NCBI GenBank assembly: GCA_964631605.1
Contig: CAZVYG010000005.1
Location: forward strand, 39,858-103,857
Source: an uncultured Verrucomicrobiota bacterium
Lineage (GTDB): Bacteria; Verrucomicrobiota; Verrucomicrobiia; Limisphaerales; UBA8199
Reading direction: 5' to 3'
Length of the DNA: 64,000 bases
Shown one piece after another: positions 1 to 8,370 of this stretch. Every line of letters begins with the position of its first letter. Position 1 is the first letter of the stretch. Below the pieces are notes generated by a model that worked only from the letters and a program-made list of their open reading frames with translations, ran no database searches and was not told the origin of the DNA. The position numbers and the translations under genes are program-made.

Positions 1-193
1 CGTCAGCGGCAATCAGTTGACGCTGAGCTGGCCGGCGAGCCACACGGGTTGGGACCTCCAGACCAACGCGGTGGATGTGGCCAACCCCGCGTTCTGGTTC
101 ACCTACCCAGGCTCCAGCGCAACCAACCAGGTGACGGTTACCTTGGATCCGTCCCAAACCAATGTCTTCTACCGCCTCCGTTTGACCCCGTGA
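1..193 (+). CDS. 3' end (5'-truncated by window edge) of a secreted PATR-type protein carrying the shared C-terminal LSW...FYRL domain
   Basis: Frame 2 is open from the window edge to TGA at 191-193. It reads VSGNQLTLSWPASHTGWDLQTNAVDVANPAFWFTYPGSSATNQVTVTLDPSQTNVFYRLRLTP*. This aligns closely with the C-terminus of the 37075..40164 protein (VAGNNLTLSWPANYLGWILQSNAV...DPAKANVFYRLVLPTP*). It is absent from the ORF track because it has no start in the window. Confidence 0.8.
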   Translation, partial: VSGNQLTLSWPASHTGWDLQTNAVDVANPAFWFTYPGSSATNQVTVTLDPSQTNVFYRLRLTP

Positions 194-254
194 TGGCTGA
201 GCGCGGAGCGAGCGCCGGCGTGGGGCCGGCGCCCGCCTCCCCGCGTGCCCGAAG

Positions 255-1124
255 ATGAAAACAACCAAACAACTCCAAATCACGCGTGCCGCCTTGACGG
301 GCTTTACGCTGATCGAATTGCTGGTGGTCATCGCCATCATCGCGATACTGGCCGCCATGCTGCTGCCCGTCCTGGCTCGGGCCAAGGAAAGGGCGCAGCG
401 GACCGAATGCGTCAACAACATGCGCCAGTGGGGCATCGGCTGCCTGATGTATGCCGAGGACTATGACAGCAAGTTCCCCACCACGCAGGCCGGTGGCAAC
501 CCAATCAACGTCATCCGCGGGGGCTACTACACGCGGTGGATGTGGTTTAACGGCGCCTACCAGGGCTACAAAGTCCCCCAGAGCTGGACCCAGATTCCCA
601 ATGACCCCAAGAATTACTTCCAGGGCCTGGGCATGCTCTATCCCCAAAACCTCGCCGGCAACGGGCGCATCTTTTACTGCCCGGGCCTGAACGCCAAAAA
701 ATCGCCCATCGGCTCAAGCTATTATGAGCCCCTGCTGACTTCGACCACGGCGCAAAACGACAGCAACAACCCTGGCAGTGTCCGCTGCAGCTACATCTAT
801 AATCCGTGGGTGAGAAACCCCGCCGGCACCGACAACGAGTCCCTCACGCGCCTGTACCAAAAAGCCAGCCAGGTTTCCAAGCGCAAACTTTTCGGCATGG
901 ATTTCATTGACAGCGCCGCCTGGCTGCCCGGGGGCGAAGTGGACATCAACGGGATCAACTTCTCCCACAGCCGCAGCAAAGGCTGGAACGTCCTGTTCAC
1001 CGACGCGAGCGTCGAATTCAGAAAAATCAACGCCAGAACCAAGGCCGTGTATGCACTGGGCGGGTTTAACGGCCAATATGACATCAAGGGCATTTGTGAT
1101 TTGGCCGAGCTCGTCTTTGAATAG
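255..1124 (+). CDS. Prepilin-type N-terminal cleavage/methylation domain protein (pseudopilin-like, H-X9-DG-like C-terminus)
   Basis: Class III signal peptide: LTG|[22 protein letters not shown], with Glu at +5. The following helix, [16 protein letters not shown], is typical of PVC pilin-like paralogs. C-terminal motif is [18 protein letters not shown]. Paralogous to 36184..37020 and 56496..57320. Confidence 0.9.
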   Translation: MKTTKQLQITRAALTGFTLIELLVVIAIIAILAAMLLPVLARAKERAQRTECVNNMRQWGIGCLMYAEDYDSKFPTTQAGGNPINVIRGGYYTRWMWFNGAYQGYKVPQSWTQIPNDPKNYFQGLGMLYPQNLAGNGRIFYCPGLNAKKSPIGSSYYEPLLTSTTAQNDSNNPGSVRCSYIYNPWVRNPAGTDNESLTRLYQKASQVSKRKLFGMDFIDSAAWLPGGEVDINGINFSHSRSKGWNVLFTDASVEFRKINARTKAVYALGGFNGQYDIKGICDLAELVFE

Positions 1125-2298
1125 CCTTTGGCTCTCCGCTTTGCTCGCCGCCGCCACCCTCCCGGCGGCGGAACTGCGCGACGAATGGATTGACTCCGAC
1201 ACCGGGCACCGCGTCACGCGGCTCTCGCGCGTGCCCGGCGAAAGTCTGAGTCTGTACTTTCATCAAAACGGCTTTACCGCTTCCGGCGACAAGCTGGTTT
1301 TTGAAAACACCCCCGCCGACGCGCCCCCGGGCGAACGCGGCCCGCGCACCAGCCGCATCTACGTTTACGACTTCAACCAGAAGCAATCCGAGTTGCTGGT
1401 GGAGAACGGCGGCCGGGTCATCCTGGTGGCGGCCAGGGGGCGGCGGGTGTACCACCAACGGTTCAATGAACTCTTCGCCACCCATCTGGACACGCGCAAG
1501 ACCACCACCCTGGCCGAGCTGCCGCCGCGCTGGCGGGTCAGCGCAATCAACTGCGACGAAACCCTGGGCGCAGGCACGTTCGTCGAAGGCGGCCCCCCGA
1601 TTGATACCAGCGGCCCGAAGTCCTCCTGGTTCGACCGCATTTTTGAAGCGGCGCGGCCGGGGGGCATTTTTCTGGCGGACCTCAAGACCGGCCAGACCCG
1701 CGTGATCCACCGGGGGACGAACTGGTTCAATCATTTGCAGTTCTCGCCGGCCGACCCCACGCTGCTCCAGTACTGTCACGAGGGCCCCTGGCACAAGCTC
1801 GACCGCATCTGGCATATTCGCACCGATGGCAGCGGCGTGCGGCTGATTCATGCCCGCACCCTCCCCATGGAAATCGCGGGCCATGAATTCTGGAGCCCCG
1901 ACGGCAAAACCGTCTGGTTCGACCTGCAGGTTCCGCGCAGCGAAACCTTTTTCCTCGCCGGCGTGGAAATCGAAACCGGCCGCAAAATCCGCTACCCGCT
2001 CGAGCGCGATCAGTGGTCGGTTCACTACAACATCTCCTGGGATGGAAAACTCTTTGCCGGCGATGGCGGCGCGCCCAACATGGTGGCCCGCGCCAGGGAC
2101 GGCAAATGGATTTACCTCTTCACGCCGCAACCGGACGGCACCCTGAAAGCCGAGCGGCTGGTGAACATGGCGAAGCATGATTATGAGCTCGAGCCGAATG
2201 TGCAATTCACGCCCGATGGCAAATGGATTGCGTTCCGCGCCAATTTCGACGGCCCGGCGCAGGTGTACGCCGTTGAAGTCGCGAAAGCCAGGCGGTGA
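1078..2298 (+). CDS. Oligogalacturonate lyase (PL22 family, beta-propeller)
   Basis: Collinear with my recollection of enterobacterial Ogl: [59 protein letters not shown] chose the ATG at 1078 because it gives a signal-peptide-like N-terminus ([17 protein letters not shown]). This start overlaps the upstream CDS by 47 nt and is uncertain. The ORF-track start at 907 lies deep inside the upstream gene. Confidence 0.85.
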   Translation: MTSRAFVIWPSSSLNSLWLSALLAAATLPAAELRDEWIDSDTGHRVTRLSRVPGESLSLYFHQNGFTASGDKLVFENTPADAPPGERGPRTSRIYVYDFNQKQSELLVENGGRVILVAARGRRVYHQRFNELFATHLDTRKTTTLAELPPRWRVSAINCDETLGAGTFVEGGPPIDTSGPKSSWFDRIFEAARPGGIFLADLKTGQTRVIHRGTNWFNHLQFSPADPTLLQYCHEGPWHKLDRIWHIRTDGSGVRLIHARTLPMEIAGHEFWSPDGKTVWFDLQVPRSETFFLAGVEIETGRKIRYPLERDQWSVHYNISWDGKLFAGDGGAPNMVARARDGKWIYLFTPQPDGTLKAERLVNMAKHDYELEPNVQFTPDGKWIAFRANFDGPAQVYAVEVAKARR

Positions 2299-2305
2299 AG
2301 GCCGT

Positions 2306-3661
2306 ATGCAAATCTCAATCGCCGCGGTTTTTATTTCCTCTCTCCTGGCGTTTTCAGCCTCCCGGGCTGTCGCTACAGATGGCCCCGCCGCAACCGCGCG
2401 GTTCCCGGTCACGGACTTCGGCGCGAAGGGCGATGGCCAGACCCTCAACACGCGGGCGATTCAATCCGCCATAGACCGCTGTGCCGAAGCCGGGGGCGGC
2501 ACGGTGGTGGTGCCGGAGGGCGTGTTTGTCAGCGGCGCGATTTTCCTGAAGGCGGGCGTGAACTTGAGCGTCGAGCAAGGCGGCGTGCTGAAAGGTTCGC
2601 AAAACACCAATGATTATCCCTGGATTCCCACGCGCATTGCCGGTCTGGAAATGAAATGGCCCGCGGCGCTGGTCAACGCCAGCAACCTCGCGAGTCTCGA
2701 ACTGAGCGGCGCGGGCACTCTGGACGGCTCGGGAGAGCGCTGGTGGCGCGAGTACTGGACGGCGCGCGCGAACGAAAAGGAAGGCCTGGACCCCCATTTC
2801 AAAGTCCCCCGCCCGCGACTGGTGCATATCATCGAGTGCCGGAGAGTGGTCGTGCGCGATCTCTGGCTCAAGGACGCCGCCTTCTGGAACCTGCAACTCA
2901 CCTACTGCGACGGCGTCGAGGTGCATAATCTCAAAATCCGCGCCCCGCACGAACCGATCAAAGCCGCCAGCTCCGATGGCATAGACATTGACTCGACCCG
3001 GAACGTCCTCATCACCGGCTGCGACATTGAATGCGACGATGATGCCATCTGTTTGAAAGCCGGCCGCGACGCGGACGGCTTGCGGGTAAACCGACCGACC
3101 GAGAACGTGGTGATTCGCGACTGCCGCGTCGGCCAGGCCGCCGGCCTGGTGGTCTTTGGCAGCGAAACGGCGGGCGGCATTCGCAACGTCCGCGTGTCCA
3201 ACTGCCGGGCGGACAAGGGCTGCGGGGAAATTGTTCGGTTCAAGACCCGCATGGGCCGGGGCGGCGTGGTGGAGGACATTGTTTATGAGAACATCGTGGC
3301 CGAAGGCGCGGCCCGCGTCTTCAGTTTCAACATGAACGCCTTCAGCACCACCTGGCTGCCGGAGGAGTTCCGCACGCCGGTGCCGCCGGAGCGGGGCACG
3401 CCGGTCTTTCGCAACATCACCGTGCGCAATCTCACCGCCCGAAAGTGCGTGTCGGCCGGCTCGCTGGTGGGCTTGTCCGCCAGCCCCCTGCGCGACCTCA
3501 CGCTCGAGGAGGTGGAGATCGAAGCGCGCGATGGCTTCACCATCCGAAATGCGACCGGCTTGCGTTTCAACAAGGTGAAGGTCAACGGCCGGCTGGTTGA
3601 GTCCCCGCCGGACGGCCCGGTTCCGGCCAATGCCAGGCGGCCGCGCACGGCGGCGGATTAG
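2306..3661 (+). CDS. Glycoside hydrolase family 28 (exo-polygalacturonase / rhamnogalacturonase-like), secreted
   Basis: ATG at 2306 gives the signal peptide MQISIAAVFISSLLAFSASRAVA. Pectin-lyase-fold N-terminus: FGAKGDGQTLNTRAIQSAIDRCAEAGGGTVVVPEGVFVSG. GH28-like blocks: SSDGIDIDS, CDDDAICLKAG, RFKTRMGRGG. Confidence 0.85.
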   Translation: MQISIAAVFISSLLAFSASRAVATDGPAATARFPVTDFGAKGDGQTLNTRAIQSAIDRCAEAGGGTVVVPEGVFVSGAIFLKAGVNLSVEQGGVLKGSQNTNDYPWIPTRIAGLEMKWPAALVNASNLASLELSGAGTLDGSGERWWREYWTARANEKEGLDPHFKVPRPRLVHIIECRRVVVRDLWLKDAAFWNLQLTYCDGVEVHNLKIRAPHEPIKAASSDGIDIDSTRNVLITGCDIECDDDAICLKAGRDADGLRVNRPTENVVIRDCRVGQAAGLVVFGSETAGGIRNVRVSNCRADKGCGEIVRFKTRMGRGGVVEDIVYENIVAEGAARVFSFNMNAFSTTWLPEEFRTPVPPERGTPVFRNITVRNLTARKCVSAGSLVGLSASPLRDLTLEEVEIEARDGFTIRNATGLRFNKVKVNGRLVESPPDGPVPANARRPRTAAD

Positions 3662-3672
3662 GCCGGCTGGAT

Positions 3673-6600
3673 ATGCGATGCTTTTCTGCGCGATGGCCGG
3701 GACAGGCCTGTTCCCGGCGGTGGAAGGCCCTCGAGCGGGTCGTGCTCCTGGTGGTCGTTGCGGCGGTGTTCGCCCCCGCCGCGCAGGCGCAGCGCCAGAT
3801 GGAAAAGCTGGGCCGGGGGCTGGTCGTTCTGCGTTCAGCCACCTCGCAGGCTTACCTCAGTTGGCGGCTGCTGGCCACGGACCCCGAGGACATTGCCTTT
3901 AATGTGTACCGTTCCGTCGGCGGGGCCTCGGCGATCAAGATCAATCCGGGCGCGCCGCTGAGTCAAACGGCGGATTTCCTCGACACCACCGCCAACCTCT
4001 CGGTGTCCAATGCCTGGCAGGTCGTTCCCGTCATCGGCGGGGTCGAGCAGGCGCCCAGCCCGCCGTTCGGACTCGCCGCCAATTCGCCGGTGCGCCGATA
4101 CCTCAACCTGCCGCTGCAAACGCCCGTCAACGATGGGCTGAATTATGATGTCAAATTCTGCTGGGTGGGCGATTTCGACGGTGACGGCGAGTACGATTAC
4201 CTGGTGGACCGGACCGCCACGACCGGCAACCAGCGCCAATACCTTCAGGCCTACCTCCGCAACGGCACGCTGCTCTGGCAGGTGGACATGGGACCGCTCA
4301 GCACCAACCGCTCCAACACCTACGAACCCGATGCCGCCGCCATCAGCGTGGGGGACAAGGACAATGTCACCGTTTACGACCTGGACGGCGATAACCGCGC
4401 CGAGGTGGTGGTTCGGGTCGCCAACGGCACAGTCCTGCCCGGCAACCTCATCGTCACCACCAACAACAACGTCTCGCAATTCCTCTCCGTTCTCGACGGC
4501 CTGACCGGCGCCGAGCGGGCGCGCGCGCTGATCCCCAATCCCTATTTCGCGGACGGCCCGCTCAATTGCCATGCGGGAATTGCCTATTTCGATGGCATCC
4601 ACCCCAGCATCCTGTTCAGCGGCGAAAACCGGGTTGGCACCGGCAATTTTCAACGGCTTGCGGTCGCCTGGGATTTTCGCAACGGCAAACTCACCCAGCG
4701 CTGGCTTTACCAAACTCCCCCCGGCCAGAATGACGAGGAGGGCCACCAACTCCGCATCGCGGACGTCAACCACGATGGCAGGGACGACCTCATTCGCATC
4801 GGCAGCGTGGTGACGGACAGCAACGGCGTGCCCGTCACGCTTTACTCGACCGAGCTCGGCCACGGCGACCGTTACCACGTCTCCGACCTGGATCCGGACC
4901 GCCCCGGCCTCGAGATGTTCGCCATCCAGCAGAATAATCCCACGCTCTTGGCCACCGCGTTGCAGGACCTGGGCACCGGCGTGCTCTTCAAAAAGTGGTA
5001 CTCCGGCTCGGTCACGGACGTCGGCCGCGGCCTGACGGTGGACCTCCATCCCCACTACCGCGGCGCGGAGGTTTTCTCGACCCAGCCCGGGATGTTCGAC
5101 GCCCGCGGTGTCCGGATTGGCAACGCCCGGCCCTGGCCGTGGGAGGGCATCTGGTGGGATGCGGACATGAACCGCGAGTTTTTCGCGGCGCGGGATGGCA
5201 GCGGCCTTCGCCCCTGCATCAATCGTTGGGACTACACGACGGAAACGGAAACCTTGCTTTACAACGTTCAAACCGAAGGGGTTCACTCCGCCTACGGCGC
5301 CCGGCCGGCGTTCTTTGGCGACCTCCTCGGGGATTGGCGGGAGGAATTCGTCGTCGTGGCGGATGACTATTCGGCGCTCCGCATCTACTCGACCACCACC
5401 CCGGCGACCAACCGGTTCTATTGCCTGATGCAGAACCCCCAATATCGCGTGCAATGCACCTTCAAAGGGTATTACCAGGCCAGTTACCCCGATTATTTCC
5501 TCGGCAACAACCTGCCGCCCGTTCCGGTTCCTCCCGTTTCGGACGCCCAACGGCTGTGGCGTGGCGGCGGCGCGAACTTGTGGGACGAAGCCGCCACGGC
5601 GAACTGGCTCACGAATAATCTCTGGATCAGCAACACGGTCAAAGTCCCGTTCACCTCCGGGGCCTCGGTTCTGTTCGACGCATCCGGCTCGAACCACGCC
5701 GCCGTGACACTGGTTGGCTCGCTCCATCCAGGCGACGTCCGGGTGTGGTCGCCCAGGGATTATACCTTTGCGGGATCTGGCGAACTGGCGGGCGGCATGG
5801 CCCTGACGAAGGCGGGCGCGGGCAGGCTGATCCTCAACGGCACCAACCGCTACACCGGCAGGACCCTGGTCGGCGAGGGGGCCTTGGTCGTAAACGGCCT
5901 GCTTGCAGCCAGCCCGGTCACGGTGCGGGGCGGCATCTGGCGGGACGGGCGTCTCTGCGGGACGGGCGTCCTCGGTTCCCCCGTGCGAATCGAAGAAGGG
6001 GGCGGGGTTTCGCCCGGCCAGGGGACCAATTCACCCGGCCTCCTCACCCTCAGCAATCACCTCACGCTCGCCGGCCGCACCTTAAACCACTTTGATTTGT
6101 CCGACGACCCCGCCGGCACCCTCAAGACCAACGACCGGCTGGCGGTTGCTGGAAACCTGACCCTGATCGGCACCAACACCCTCGTCATCCACAAACTGGA
6201 CGGTGTCTTGCCGCAGGCAAGCGTCTATCCCTTGATCAGTTACTCCGGCGCGCTGACAGGCAGCCTCGCCAATTTGACCGTCGCCGGATTGACGGGCGTC
6301 CCGTGGGCATTGACCAATCCGCCCGGCCAAATCGCGCTGCTCATCAAGAGTTACCGTTCGCCCGCAACAGTCATCTGGACAGGCGGCAGCGGTGGTAATG
6401 CCTGGGACCTGCTCACCACCAGCAACTGGCTCAATGGCGCGACAAAAGACCAGTTCGCCCCCAACGACACCGTGCGCTTCGACAGCCTCGGCGCCTCGAA
6501 CCTCACCGTGACGTTGTCCGGCGAGCTCAATCCGGCCGGCGTGGTCGTGGACAGCGCAGTCAACTACACCTTCGCCGGCGCCGGGGCCATTATCGGCCCG

Positions 6601-8274
6601 GCGTCGCTGGCCAAGTCCAACACCGGCACTCTCACGATCAGTACCCTCAACAACTCCTACACCGGAAAAACGACTATCGCCGGGGGCACGGTGGTGGTGT
6701 CCGAATTGAACGCCGCCGGCTACCCGAGCCCGCTTGGCGCCGCGAGCTCCAGTCCGGCCAACCTGGTTTTGGCGGGCAGCCCAACCCTGCGCCTCACCGG
6801 CGATTCCTACACCGACCGCGGCCTGACCTTGAGCGCGGGCACCAACACCCTGGACGTTTCCAGCGCCGCCGGCCAGGTGACCCTGGCCGGTCTGCTCACC
6901 GGCTCCGGCGCGCTTCTGAAAACCGGCCCCGGCACGCTCGCTCTCACCCGCAGTAATAACTTTTTCGGCGTCACCATCATCCAGGCCGGCGCGCTCTCGC
7001 TGGGCGGCGACGACGCCAACCAGTATGGGCTCGGCGCCGGCGGAACGGGCACGGTGATTCTCCAGGGGGGCACCCTGACGATGTTCGACAACTCGAGCTC
7101 TTACAACAGTATCTACTGGACGCTGCACGTGCCGGCGGGCTCGACCGGCACGCTCAATGCCGACAGCCGCGTGGATTATCGCGGCGCGCTCACCGGCGCC
7201 GGCACCTTGAACTTCCGCGTGCCGTATGTTCGCACCACGCTTTACGGCAACTGGTCCGCTTTTAGCGGCCAAATCAACGTCACCACCGACAGCGACGGCG
7301 GCGACTTTCGCGTCAGCAACGGCAACGGTTACGCCAACGCGTCCGTTCATCTTTCCGACCTGGTGAGCGCCTACCACACCACGGCGGGCGCCAGTGTTGC
7401 GATCGGCGCCCTGTCCGGCGCCGCCGGCTCCAAGCTTTCCAACACCGCCTGGACCGTCGGCTCGAAAAACACCCACTCCACTTTTGCCGGAAGCATCGCC
7501 GGCAATTCCATCAACAAGGTCGGCACGGGCACGTGGACGCTGACCGGCTCGAATTATTACACCGGCCCAACCACGGTGACCGCGGGCACCCTCATGGTGA
7601 ACGGAGACAACCGCGCGGCGTCGGGCGCCGTGACGGTGGCCGCCGGCGCGGTTCTGGCCGGCACGGGCTTCATCGGCGGGCCGACCATGATTCAGAACGG
7701 CGGCACCCTTTCGCCGGGCAGCAACACCATCGGCACGCTCACCTTCACCGGCAACCTGAACCTTGAACCGGGCTGCACGAACCTTTTTGAAATCAACAAA
7801 ACCGCCGGTGCCGCGGACCGGGCGGACGTGGCCGGGACGCTCAAACTTGGGGGCGCGCTGGTGGTGACCAATCGGTCCGGCGCCCTCGCCGCGGGCGACA
7901 CCTTCCGCCTCTTCAACGCCGGCACTTTTAGCGGCTCTTTCCAGACGGTCGCCTTGCCCCCGCTCCCATCCACGCTGGCGTGGGACACCAACGCGCTCGC
8001 TGCCAGCGGCATCATCTTTGTCACCACAAAGCCCGCTCCGATGCCGCCCCGGATCACTTCCGTGGTTCTGGCGAACGGAGCGCTGGTTTACACCGGCACG
8101 GGCGGGGTGGCTCGCGCCGACTTCCACCTGCTGGGGTCGTCGAATGTGGCGCTGCCACTCGGCTCGTGGGAACGCCTTCTGACCAATCAATTTGATGCAC
8201 AGGGCAACTTCATCTTTACCAATCCGCCAAACCCGGCCTGGCCGCAGGGCTTTTACCTGCTCCAGGTGCCGTAG
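3673..8274 (+). CDS. Rhamnogalacturonan lyase (PL11, YesW-like beta-propeller) fused to about 900 aa of PATR beta-helix repeats and a C-terminal sorting-like domain
   Basis: Signal peptide is VVLLVVVAAVFAPAAQA. The N-terminal ~600 aa are collinear with Bacillus YesW as I recall it: RQMEKLGRGLVV, VGDFDGDGEYDYL, YDLDGDNRAEVV, IADVNHDGRDDLI, LGHGD, GDLLGDWREE, ALRIYSTT, YYQASYPDYFLG. Multiple PATR units follow: LTKAGAGRLILNGTNRYTGRTLVGEGALVVNG, LLKTGPGTLALTRSNNFFG, INKVGTGTWTLTGSNYYTGPTTVTAGTLMVNG. The protein ends in ...PQGFYLLQVP*. Confidence 0.9.
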   Translation: MRCFSARWPGQACSRRWKALERVVLLVVVAAVFAPAAQAQRQMEKLGRGLVVLRSATSQAYLSWRLLATDPEDIAFNVYRSVGGASAIKINPGAPLSQTADFLDTTANLSVSNAWQVVPVIGGVEQAPSPPFGLAANSPVRRYLNLPLQTPVNDGLNYDVKFCWVGDFDGDGEYDYLVDRTATTGNQRQYLQAYLRNGTLLWQVDMGPLSTNRSNTYEPDAAAISVGDKDNVTVYDLDGDNRAEVVVRVANGTVLPGNLIVTTNNNVSQFLSVLDGLTGAERARALIPNPYFADGPLNCHAGIAYFDGIHPSILFSGENRVGTGNFQRLAVAWDFRNGKLTQRWLYQTPPGQNDEEGHQLRIADVNHDGRDDLIRIGSVVTDSNGVPVTLYSTELGHGDRYHVSDLDPDRPGLEMFAIQQNNPTLLATALQDLGTGVLFKKWYSGSVTDVGRGLTVDLHPHYRGAEVFSTQPGMFDARGVRIGNARPWPWEGIWWDADMNREFFAARDGSGLRPCINRWDYTTETETLLYNVQTEGVHSAYGARPAFFGDLLGDWREEFVVVADDYSALRIYSTTTPATNRFYCLMQNPQYRVQCTFKGYYQASYPDYFLGNNLPPVPVPPVSDAQRLWRGGGANLWDEAATANWLTNNLWISNTVKVPFTSGASVLFDASGSNHAAVTLVGSLHPGDVRVWSPRDYTFAGSGELAGGMALTKAGAGRLILNGTNRYTGRTLVGEGALVVNGLLAASPVTVRGGIWRDGRLCGTGVLGSPVRIEEGGGVSPGQGTNSPGLLTLSNHLTLAGRTLNHFDLSDDPAGTLKTNDRLAVAGNLTLIGTNTLVIHKLDGVLPQASVYPLISYSGALTGSLANLTVAGLTGVPWALTNPPGQIALLIKSYRSPATVIWTGGSGGNAWDLLTTSNWLNGATKDQFAPNDTVRFDSLGASNLTVTLSGELNPAGVVVDSAVNYTFAGAGAIIGPASLAKSNTGTLTISTLNNSYTGKTTIAGGTVVVSELNAAGYPSPLGAASSSPANLVLAGSPTLRLTGDSYTDRGLTLSAGTNTLDVSSAAGQVTLAGLLTGSGALLKTGPGTLALTRSNNFFGVTIIQAGALSLGGDDANQYGLGAGGTGTVILQGGTLTMFDNSSSYNSIYWTLHVPAGSTGTLNADSRVDYRGALTGAGTLNFRVPYVRTTLYGNWSAFSGQINVTTDSDGGDFRVSNGNGYANASVHLSDLVSAYHTTAGASVAIGALSGAAGSKLSNTAWTVGSKNTHSTFAGSIAGNSINKVGTGTWTLTGSNYYTGPTTVTAGTLMVNGDNRAASGAVTVAAGAVLAGTGFIGGPTMIQNGGTLSPGSNTIGTLTFTGNLNLEPGCTNLFEINKTAGAADRADVAGTLKLGGALVVTNRSGALAAGDTFRLFNAGTFSGSFQTVALPPLPSTLAWDTNALAASGIIFVTTKPAPMPPRITSVVLANGALVYTGTGGVARADFHLLGSSNVALPLGSWERLLTNQFDAQGNFIFTNPPNPAWPQGFYLLQVP

Positions 8275-8370
8275 GGCTTTCCGCCGGCGGGAAAGATTCC
8301 TCGACAGGCCGGATGTCGCGCCTGAACCTCAACCCATGCCTGGCTGCTGGCAGCATACGAAAGGGTCCGT

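Noticed and set aside
907-1077. N-terminal extensions of track ORFs (907, 2177, 19857, 28277, 40034, 47300, 53234 and 17600, 47574, 27040 on the minus strand)
   Set aside because: The extensions overlap neighbouring genes or intergenic DNA and encode low-complexity sequence. Internal ATG/GTG starts give proper signal peptides or family-typical N-termini (for example MIAVIADDLSGA for the DUF1537 kinase).
5750-8050. Periodic ~90-nt repetitiveness inside the PATR genes (also 38400..39900 and 59600..62300), considered as a possible CRISPR or tandem-repeat array
   Set aside because: The periodicity is at the protein level only (degenerate ~30-aa beta-helix rungs) and lies within continuous ORFs. 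There are no identical nucleotide repeats or spacer structure, so it is not a CRISPR array.
3835-8190. Minus-strand ORFs of 630 aa (3835..5727) and 702 aa (6082..8190), plus many smaller ORFs, opposite the PL11-PATR gene
   Set aside because: Shadow ORFs antisense to a gene with full-length YesW-like collinearity and PATR repeats.
8277-8295. Hairpin ctttcc-gccggcg-ggaaag after the PL11-PATR stop, considered as a possible terminator (similar weak stems occur at 29940..29975, 44847..44861 and 46294..46321)
   Set aside because: The stems are only 6 bp, with no following T-run, so the evidence is insufficient to annotate them as terminators.
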